The notes under the pieces are model-generated. The model worked only from the letters and a program-made list of their open reading frames with translations. It made no database searches and was not told the origin of the DNA. Source: Candidatus Eiseniibacteriota bacterium (lineage in GTDB: Bacteria > Orphanbacterota > Orphanbacteria > Orphanbacterales > Orphanbacteraceae). From it: a DNA stretch of 64,000 nucleotides. The DNA is taken from contig JAJRWB010000076.1 of NCBI GenBank assembly GCA_024276995.1, positions 164 through 64,163 on the forward strand. The letters run 5' to 3'. Both the position numbers and the translations under genes were made by a program. This document shows, piece after piece, positions 29,927 to 37,224 of this stretch. Every line of letters begins with the position of its first letter. Within the stretch, counting starts at the first letter, position 1.

Positions 29927-32900
29927 GCGCCCCGAAGGGAGGGGAGAGGCTCACGGGGGTGCAAGAGCGGGCGGTCCGTGCCGGGGATCGCGATCTGTGG
30001 CTTACCGCCGGCGCCGGTTCCGGAAAGACGAGGGTGCTCACCGAGCGTTATCTCCACCTTCATCTGGCCCGCTCCATCCCGCTCCAACAGATCTTGGCGG
30101 TGACCTTCACCGAGAAGGCGGCGGGCGAGATGCGCGGTCGCATCGCCCGAAGGCTGCGCGAAGCGGGTCGTCGCGATTCTCTCCGCGACCTCCCCCATGC
30201 ACCGATCGGTACGATCGATTCGTTCTGCCTCTCCCTGGCGCGGGAGTACGCCGATCGGGGGGGAATCGATCCGTCGCTTCGTGTTCTCGATCCTGTGGAG
30301 GCGGCCGAGTGGGAAGAGGAGGTGTGGGCCGACGTGCTCGATACATGGTGGGCGAAGAGAAGGCGCGATAGCATCCTTCTTCTGGGCGCACTGCCATGGA
30401 ATACGGGCCTTCGCCATGTCGGGGGCATCGATCCGGCGCCGCTCCTCTCGCTCGTGAGGCGGATCCGGACCGCCGGCGTCGACCCGCGGAGTGTTTCATT
30501 CGAGGTGGACGGCGAGGCGCTCGTGTCGCGGATCTGGGAGGAAGCGCCTCCCCTCCTTACGCGGGTGCGCCGGCTGATCGACGCCGGGCAGACGAAAAAG
30601 ACGACCGAGAAACTGGAACAGCTTCTCCGTCTCGGCGAGGGGGCGTCCCTTTCCGGCGAGGAAAAAGCGCGTCTTGCCGGACGAGTCCGCGAGGCGGTGA
30701 GTCTCCGCGTGGGCGCCGCCGCCAGGGAAACCGTGCGGGAGGGGATCGCCCTGCTCGACCGCCTCCGTCTCGCCGGGAACGAAATCGCTCTCGGTCGTGC
30801 CCGGGCTTTCCTGGGTGAACTTCTCCTCGATTTCCACCGTCGCTTCTCGTCGAGGAAGGAGCGCGCGGCGGCGGCCGATTTCCTTGATATCGAAGAGATC
30901 GCCGCCCGGCTTCTCGCCGATCGGGATGTGCGCCGGGATGTGCGCGGGAGGCGGCGCTACCTTCTCCTCGACGAATGCCAGGATACGAATGCCCTTCAGC
31001 TCGACATCGTCCGCCGCCTGCGAAGCCCGGGCCGATTCCTCGCGGTGGGCGACGCGAAGCAGTCGATCTACCGCTTCCGCGACGCCGACGTCACGGCATT
31101 CGTTGAAATGGGAAGGAGCCTCGGACCGACCGCCGACAGGCTCGATCTCAGCGAGAACTTCAGGAGCCGCGGGGCGATTCTCGACTGGGTGAACCGCTTC
31201 TTCCCATTGATCTGGAAGGAGAACGACGGGATGGGCGTCCCCTTCGAGCCTCTCGAGTCGGCGAGGGACGATTTTCCCGCCAAGGCGGAGCCGTCGGTCG
31301 AGTTCCTCCGCGTCATCGGGAACGGAGGTGCCGGCGGTGCCAGGGAGGAGGAGGCGGCTCTTCTCGCCGAAAGGCTCGCCGCGCTCGACCGGGAGGGAAT
31401 CGACGATCTCGGCTACGGCGACATGGCGATCCTCTTCCGCAGCGCCGCGGGGATGGCCGTGTTCGAGCGGGCGCTCCGGGAGAGGGGGATCCCCGCCGTG
31501 GTGGCGGTGGGCCGCGGATTCTTCCAGTCGAGGGAGGTGGCCGATCTTCTCACCGGTCTGCGGCTCGTGGACGATTGCCGTTCCGATATCGATGTCGCCG
31601 CGGCGCTCCGCTCTCCGCTCGCGTCCGTCGGCGACGACGATATCGCCCGTCTCCTCCTGGAGAGGGGGGAGGAGCCGCTCATCGCCCGGCTCGGGAAGCG
31701 CGAAGCGCTCTCCTCGCTCACCGACGAGGGTGCCGCGCGGGCCGGTCGTTTCGGGCGTCTCCTCCGCCAGCTCCGGGAACTGCGCGGTCTTCTTCCGGCG
31801 GGGCGTCTTCTGGAGATGCTCGCCGCGGAGACCGGTTTTCTCGATTCCCTTCTCACGAGCCGCGGAGGCCGACGGCGGTACGCCAACAGCGTGAAGCTGA
31901 TCGAAATCGCGCGCGACATCGACCGCCGCGGCGATCTTTCGCTCCCCGAAACGATCGCGGCGCTCCAGCGCTACCGCGTCACGCGGCTGAGGGAACCGGA
32001 GTCGGCCACCGACGAGGAGCGGTTCGCCGTCAGGCTCATGACGATCCACGGCGCCAAAGGGATGCAATTTCCCCTCGTGGCGGTGGCCGACATCGGAAGG
32101 CGAAGCGCCCCCTCCCGCCGTCCGTTCCTTTTCCGGCGGGGCGAAGTGGTGGGAATTCGAGGCCGCCACGCCGAAACATACACATACAGGGAGCTTCTCG
32201 AACGGGAAAAAGACGAAGAGAAGGCGGAGGAAGCGCGGCTCTTCTATGTCGCCGTCACCCGGGCGGAGCGTCATCTCATCGTGTCGGGAAGCCGCACCGG
32301 AAGGAGCGCCGCCTGGCTCGATCTCCTCGAGAAGAGCGGTGTCCCGTTCGATACGCCGGGCGGCGGGATCCACTGCGGTGTCCCGGTGAACATCATCGAC
32401 CCGTCCGCCGCCGCGCCGCGCCGCACCGGGCGGCGTCTCACGTTGAGCCGTTTCCTCGCCGACACGTCGCGCCGCGCCGCGAAGGCGGATGGACCGAAAG
32501 TGGAGAAGATCATCCGCCGGCTCACAGCCGTCCTGCCTGCCGCGTCCCCCGCCGCAGGGCGGACGGTCACTGCCGTCGATCTCTTCCGGCGGTGCGCGGA
32601 GAAGTATCGGCTCTCCCGTCTCTTTCTCCCTCCCGGTGAGATGGGGGAAGTTTCCCCTGAAGAAGGGGGGGGGCGCGAGAGCGGCCTCGGCGGCGCCGAG
32701 GAGGGGACGCTCTTTCACTCCGCCATGGAGGCGGCGATGCGCCGCCGCGCGTCGGGCCCACCGGCGGAAGAGTCGCCGGCGTTGTCGCCGAAGATTGCCG
32801 CGTGGCGCGACGCCGTGCTTGCGCTTCCGGCGATGAAGAAGATTCTCGCCGGTGCCGATGTCGACGCGGAACGGTCGTTCGCGGTGATCATCGAAGGGGC

Positions 32901-33264
32901 GCTCCTGAGGGGGAAGGTCGATCTCCTCGCGCGCTCCGCCGACGGCTGGCACGTGATCGACTACAAGACCGACCGCGCCGCCCCGGAGGAGATCGCCGCC
33001 CGTCACGCGACGGCGCTCGCTCTCTACAGACTCGCCCTCTCTCGTCTTGCGGGGGAACGGATCGCCGTGCGCGCGTCGATCGTGGCAGTGAGGGCCCGCC
33101 TCCTCCTGCCTGTGCCGGAGGAGGCCGACCTCGAGGCGCTCGATTCCCTCCGACGATTCGATCGGGCGGTCAGGGCGGAGCGGTTCGATCCCCCGCCTGC
33201 GCCGCCGTGCGCTTCTTGCGAATACCGCTTCGCATGCAGGAAGAGGCGCTCCAACGGCCGCTAG
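29923..33264 (+). CDS. addA: AddA/RexA-like UvrD helicase with C-terminal PD-(D/E)XK nuclease
   Basis: AGAGSGKT, TFTEKAA, DECQDTN, VGDAKQSIYRFR, MTIHGAKG, YVAVTRA, GKVDLL..IDYKT; GTG overlaps the addB stop. Confidence 0.88.
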   Translation: MSAPKGGERLTGVQERAVRAGDRDLWLTAGAGSGKTRVLTERYLHLHLARSIPLQQILAVTFTEKAAGEMRGRIARRLREAGRRDSLRDLPHAPIGTIDSFCLSLAREYADRGGIDPSLRVLDPVEAAEWEEEVWADVLDTWWAKRRRDSILLLGALPWNTGLRHVGGIDPAPLLSLVRRIRTAGVDPRSVSFEVDGEALVSRIWEEAPPLLTRVRRLIDAGQTKKTTEKLEQLLRLGEGASLSGEEKARLAGRVREAVSLRVGAAARETVREGIALLDRLRLAGNEIALGRARAFLGELLLDFHRRFSSRKERAAAADFLDIEEIAARLLADRDVRRDVRGRRRYLLLDECQDTNALQLDIVRRLRSPGRFLAVGDAKQSIYRFRDADVTAFVEMGRSLGPTADRLDLSENFRSRGAILDWVNRFFPLIWKENDGMGVPFEPLESARDDFPAKAEPSVEFLRVIGNGGAGGAREEEAALLAERLAALDREGIDDLGYGDMAILFRSAAGMAVFERALRERGIPAVVAVGRGFFQSREVADLLTGLRLVDDCRSDIDVAAALRSPLASVGDDDIARLLLERGEEPLIARLGKREALSSLTDEGAARAGRFGRLLRQLRELRGLLPAGRLLEMLAAETGFLDSLLTSRGGRRRYANSVKLIEIARDIDRRGDLSLPETIAALQRYRVTRLREPESATDEERFAVRLMTIHGAKGMQFPLVAVADIGRRSAPSRRPFLFRRGEVVGIRGRHAETYTYRELLEREKDEEKAEEARLFYVAVTRAERHLIVSGSRTGRSAAWLDLLEKSGVPFDTPGGGIHCGVPVNIIDPSAAAPRRTGRRLTLSRFLADTSRRAAKADGPKVEKIIRRLTAVLPAASPAAGRTVTAVDLFRRCAEKYRLSRLFLPPGEMGEVSPEEGGGRESGLGGAEEGTLFHSAMEAAMRRRASGPPAEESPALSPKIAAWRDAVLALPAMKKILAGADVDAERSFAVIIEGALLRGKVDLLARSADGWHVIDYKTDRAAPEEIAARHATALALYRLALSRLAGERIAVRASIVAVRARLLLPVPEEADLEALDSLRRFDRAVRAERFDPPPAPPCASCEYRFACRKRRSNGR

Positions 33265-33281
33265 CGCGTTTCCCTCGGGGA

Positions 33282-33310
33282 AAAGCCCCGTGCTCCGGGC
33301 CCGGGGCTTT
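33282..33310. terminator. Bidirectional terminator-like hairpin between convergent genes
   Basis: AAAGCCCCG...CGGGGCTTT inverted repeat. Confidence 0.55.
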
Positions 33311-33337
33311 GGAAAACGATCGATCGGCCGTCCCCGA

Positions 33338-35812
33338 TCAGCGAAGCAGCATGAGCTTCCCTGTTCGGCTGAATCGGTCGCTCCGGATCCGGCAGAAATA
33401 CGTGCCGCTCGCCGCCGGAACACCCGCCATATTCTCACCGTTCCAAACAACGCTGTGCGTATTCTTTTTCCTGAAACCGTCGACAAGTGTGCGAACGAGT
33501 CTGCCGTTGACATCATAGATGCTGAGATTTACCCAGGAATCACTTGCAAGGGAGTATTCGATCGTGGTGACCGGATTGAAAGGATTCGGATAGTTGCGAA
33601 CCAAAGCATTCCGGGGTATTTCGGTCTCGCCCGACCCGTCATCGGGGACGGACGTGAAGATCTGCTTTTTCGAGCCGATCCCGTACAGGCTTCCACCGTA
33701 GGAACCCACGTAGATCGTTCCGTCGGGACCGATTGCCGGTGATGAATACACGAACCCGCCCGTATCGTAGTGCCACAATTCGGTCCCGTCCGGATCGATC
33801 GCGTAGATGTTGCCGTCTATCGATCCCACGTAGATCGTGCCGTCGGCACTGACTGCCGGGGACGAGTGCACATCATTCCCCATGGTGAAGTGCCACCTCT
33901 CGGTGCCATTGTCCGGGTCGATCGCATAGAGATTATTGTCGTCCGATCCTACGTAGATCGTGCCGTCGCTTCCCAGCGCCGGGGAAGAACCGACGTTCCC
34001 GCCGGTGGGGAAGCGCCACTGTTCGACGCCGGCGGGGCTGACGGCGTAGAGGTTGCCATCTCCCGATCCCACGTAGACTGTGCCGTCGCTTCCCAGTGCC
34101 GGGGAAGAACTCACGGAGCTTCCCGCAGTAAAATGCCATCGTTCCGTGCCGTCGGGGTTGATCGCGTAAAGATTATGGTCGCTCGATCCCACGTAGATCA
34201 CGCCGTCCCCGTCCAGCGCCGGGGAAGATTGTATCCCCGCTATTCCCCCGGTGGGAAAGCGCCACCGTTCCGTTCCGTTGGGATTGATCGCATAGAGGTT
34301 GCCGTCCTTCGAACCCACGTAGACCGTGCCGCCCATACTTACAACCGGAGAGGATTCCACATCAGATCCGGTGGCGAAACGCCACCGCTCGGTACCGTCT
34401 GGGTTGATCGCATAGAGAGTGTCGTCGGCCGATCCAACGTAGATCGTGCCGTCGGCAGCCACGGCGGGAGACGATCTGACCCAGCCTCCGGTCGGGAAGC
34501 GCCACCGCTCCGAACCGTCGGGGTTGACCGCATAGAGGTTGTTATCTCCCGATCCCACATAGATCGTGCCGTTGTAGATCACCGACGGGGAAGAGAACGT
34601 GAAAACCGCGGCGGCGAAGTCCCATTGCAGGTCCGGTGTCCTGGCGCCCAGGTGGGGGCTATGTCCGGAATGCCCGCCGTCACGGCGGAACATGGGCCAG
34701 TGATCCTCCCCGAGAGCGCAAAGGTAACCTTCCCCCGCTCCGACGTAGACGGTGCCGCCGTAGCCGAGTACCGGCGAAGAGTCGACGTGAATCCCCGCGG
34801 TGAGTTCCCAGCGCCACAGCCTCGTACCGTCTGCGTTGAGAGCGTAGACATACCCATCCCACGAGCCAATATAGATCGTGCCGTCGGCGCCGATCGCCGG
34901 TGAAGAATAAACCGGTCCTCCGGTGGTGTAGTGCCACTTCTCGGTGCCGCCGGCGTCAAGCGCGTAGACGTATCCATTTCCCGATCCGATGTAGATCGTG
35001 CGGTCGGAACCGACCGCCGGGGAAGACCTGACCAGCCCCCCGGTCTGGAAGTGCCACCGCTCTGTGCCGTCCGCGTTGACGGCGTACACCCTGCCGTTCC
35101 CCGACCCCACATAGAGTGTGCTGTCGGAACCGATCGCGGGGGACGAATACACGCCTCCTCCAGCGTCGAAACGCCATTGCTCGACACCGGCGGAATTGAT
35201 CGCGTACAGATAGTTGTCTTCCGATCCCACGTAGATGATGCCGTCGGTTCGAATGGCCGGGGAAGAATTGACAGCGTCTCCCGTGACGAAGCGCCACTGC
35301 TCGGTGCCGTCCGGGTTGATGGCGTACAGGTTGCCGTCCCACGAGCCGACATAGATCGTGCCGTCCGCACCGATCGCCGGGGAAGATCTGACATCATCCC
35401 CGGTGGTGAAGCGCCATCGCTCGGTGCCGTCTGGATTGACGGCATAGAGATTGCCGTCCTGCGCCCCCACATAGATCGTGCCGTCGGCGCCGATCGCCGG
35501 GGAAGACTCTCCTGTCGATCCGATGTTATATTGCCAGCGGAGCGTGCCATCGGGTTCATAGGCGTAGACATATGTGGAAGCGGCGATATAGATGGCGCCG
35601 TCGGAACCGACCGCCGGGGAGGAGGCCACGGGATCTGCTCCGATGAGCTTGCTCCATTTCAAGTCGGATGTCCGGGTACCTTGGTAGGAACTTTGCCCGG
35701 TGTGCGACAGGCCATGCCGAAACAGGGGCCAGGGGCCTTCGTCCGATTGAGCAAAAACGGTGGTCGCAACAGCAAGAGTAACGGCAAGCGCGATACAAGT
35801 GGATGCTCTCAT
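33338..35812 (-). CDS. Secreted tandem PQQ-like (BamB-type) double beta-propeller protein with FlgD-Ig/T9SS-type C-terminal domain
   Basis: Signal peptide; 16 ~40-aa repeats SSPAxGxDGTIYVGSxDGNLYAINPDGTExW in two sets of 8; NYPNPFNP C-terminal domain; GAGGTG 6 nt before ATG 35812. Confidence 0.9.
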   Translation of the reverse strand: MRASTCIALAVTLAVATTVFAQSDEGPWPLFRHGLSHTGQSSYQGTRTSDLKWSKLIGADPVASSPAVGSDGAIYIAASTYVYAYEPDGTLRWQYNIGSTGESSPAIGADGTIYVGAQDGNLYAVNPDGTERWRFTTGDDVRSSPAIGADGTIYVGSWDGNLYAINPDGTEQWRFVTGDAVNSSPAIRTDGIIYVGSEDNYLYAINSAGVEQWRFDAGGGVYSSPAIGSDSTLYVGSGNGRVYAVNADGTERWHFQTGGLVRSSPAVGSDRTIYIGSGNGYVYALDAGGTEKWHYTTGGPVYSSPAIGADGTIYIGSWDGYVYALNADGTRLWRWELTAGIHVDSSPVLGYGGTVYVGAGEGYLCALGEDHWPMFRRDGGHSGHSPHLGARTPDLQWDFAAAVFTFSSPSVIYNGTIYVGSGDNNLYAVNPDGSERWRFPTGGWVRSSPAVAADGTIYVGSADDTLYAINPDGTERWRFATGSDVESSPVVSMGGTVYVGSKDGNLYAINPNGTERWRFPTGGIAGIQSSPALDGDGVIYVGSSDHNLYAINPDGTERWHFTAGSSVSSSPALGSDGTVYVGSGDGNLYAVSPAGVEQWRFPTGGNVGSSPALGSDGTIYVGSDDNNLYAIDPDNGTERWHFTMGNDVHSSPAVSADGTIYVGSIDGNIYAIDPDGTELWHYDTGGFVYSSPAIGPDGTIYVGSYGGSLYGIGSKKQIFTSVPDDGSGETEIPRNALVRNYPNPFNPVTTIEYSLASDSWVNLSIYDVNGRLVRTLVDGFRKKNTHSVVWNGENMAGVPAASGTYFCRIRSDRFSRTGKLMLLR
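33690..35630 (-). repeat. Intragenic ~120-bp tandem repeats encoding propeller blades
   Basis: TAGATCGTGCCGTC and CGCCGGGGAAGA recur at ~120-bp spacing. Confidence 0.85.
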
Positions 35813-36348
35813 TTTTCTCACCTCACAGCGGGTTGTTGCTGAAAGTCACCGCTAAACGGTTTCCTTTGCCGGAGTACTCCGGTGCCCGGGGGCAGGCGGG
35901 CATTCGCTGCGGATATTCTCGGCGTGAGCGCCTTAGAATAATCTTGATGTGTAATGTGTCCGAATAGCACTTAGCAGCGATCTCATTCGACATCGCCTTT
36001 CTGAAACCACTATACAAGAAATTCGTAATTCCGGCAAGTATCAGCCGAGTTACATATGGAATCTCGCAACAGAGCATTGACAAGCGAAATGAACGAAGCC
36101 GGCGAGATGCCGAAAGCAGATACGCCCCCGCACGTCCGCCTACTTCAGCCTTGCCTAATGCGCCCCGACACGTTTCTTGCACGAGTACCCGATCCGTATG
36201 TCCGAAAAAGCGCCCACCTATGCCGGAATCCGCATAGATCCGCCGACTTTTTTCGTTTCACATCGATTCTGCGGGAACCGGGCACATCGTTAAAAAGTTA
36301 AGTATAGTAAGAATAGGACCTGCTCCCCGCAGGAAAGGGGAAGACGTC

Positions 36349-36957
36349 ATGGAGGCGGGAACCTTGAAGCTCAGGTCGGAACAGCTGATCCGCAATCGCT
36401 TATGGCGCCATTCGGTCCTCATCCCGCCCGACGCCGGAGCGGGAGAGATCGCCGGTGTGCTCGAAACCCTTCTGGCCGGTTTGAAAGAGTCGGCCGATTC
36501 ACCGCTCCACCCGTACATCGTCCTCCCCGCCGACGCGGTCGATCTCCCCTATCTCCGTGCCGTGGAAAGGGGAGAGTGCCCCCGTTATCCCGTCATGGGC
36601 GATTTCCGGTCGGTCGCCGACGGAGAAGAGAGGAACGCCCCTTTCGTCTTCCGGCCCGCCGAGCACCGGCTGATCGAGCGGTTCGTCTCCGGTTTCTGGG
36701 GGAACGATCGGTTTGCCCTCTTCCTTTCCCCTCTCGAGCCTCTTCCGTTCTTCCGTGTTCTCGCCCGGTTCCCCCTGGTTCGGAGGAAAGGCGGAGCCCT
36801 GATCTGGTCGCCCTTCTGGGAAAGGCACACTTTCGAGAGGCGGATCTGCGAATCGACCGCGTCGGAAGGAGCCGGTATTTTCCGGTGGATCCGCTACTAC
36901 GTCGGTGAAGGAGGGAAGGGGAGAACGATCCGGATCTATTCGGCGGGAACCGACTAA
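36349..36957 (+). CDS. Hypothetical protein with weak resemblance to DUF4123
   Basis: Purine-rich ribosome-binding site (AAAGGGG); pattern APFV...FWG..FALFLSP...VLARF.LV...GG....PFW. Confidence 0.55.
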   Translation: MEAGTLKLRSEQLIRNRLWRHSVLIPPDAGAGEIAGVLETLLAGLKESADSPLHPYIVLPADAVDLPYLRAVERGECPRYPVMGDFRSVADGEERNAPFVFRPAEHRLIERFVSGFWGNDRFALFLSPLEPLPFFRVLARFPLVRRKGGALIWSPFWERHTFERRICESTASEGAGIFRWIRYYVGEGGKGRTIRIYSAGTD

Positions 36958-36987
36958 CATCGGTCGTCGCCGAATCGTCCGACCGGG

Positions 36988-37105
36988 CAAAGAAAGGGGT
37001 GGGAGCTGAAAAGAAAATCGGCCCGCCTCGAGTCCTGCAGTCCCTATCGGGAGAAATCTCGAAGTAAGTCGTTTCCTTTCGAAGAACTCCCACCCTTGGT
37101 GGCAT
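36988..37105 (-). ncRNA. Candidate ~115-nt highly base-paired small RNA, family unknown
   Basis: Long rod-like hairpin closed by GGGUGGGAG/CUCCCACCC; G-U pairs favour the minus strand; U-rich 3' tail; dedicated upstream promoter. Confidence 0.6.
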
Positions 37106-37110
37106 TCAGA

Positions 37111-37139
37111 ACTATAGACTCATCAAACGAGGGTGACAA
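37111..37139 (-). promoter_or_regulatory. Near-consensus sigma70 promoter driving the candidate sRNA
   Basis: TTGTCA - 17 nt - TATAGT, preceded by a T-tract. Confidence 0.7.
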
Positions 37140-37224
37140 GAAAAAAAGACGGCGAGGCGGTAAAAAACATTCTTCCTCTCCCGCCCGCGGGATTGGGCTT
37201 CAAGTCGTTTCTCGCGTGATCGAT

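Noticed and set aside
30496..33516. 1006-aa minus-strand ORF and similar long antisense ORFs (e.g. 11211-13256, 7339-9303, 9387-10922)
   Set aside because: They lie antisense to well-supported genes, have no motifs, and are expected in high-GC DNA.
33690..35630. Regularly spaced DNA repeats as a CRISPR array or DGR template/variable repeats
   Set aside because: The repeats are in-frame, degenerate and encode propeller blades. There are no unique spacers, cas genes or reverse transcriptase in the window.
36166..36181. CGACACGTTTCTTGCA as a sigma54 promoter
   Set aside because: The invariant -24 GG reads GA here.
36988..37105. The hairpin RNA as SRP 4.5S RNA, 6S RNA or tRNA-Sec
   Set aside because: It has no CAGG..GNRA..AGCA helix-8 motif and no cloverleaf or T-arm. 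From the predicted TSS it is too short for 6S and lacks a large central bubble. A divergent 6S cannot be fully excluded without a covariance search.
36593..37105. Leaderless 170-aa ORF starting at the sRNA promoter
   Set aside because: It runs antisense into the 36349-36957 gene, is Arg-rich and shadow-like, and its 5' end is buried in a long hairpin followed by a U-tract.
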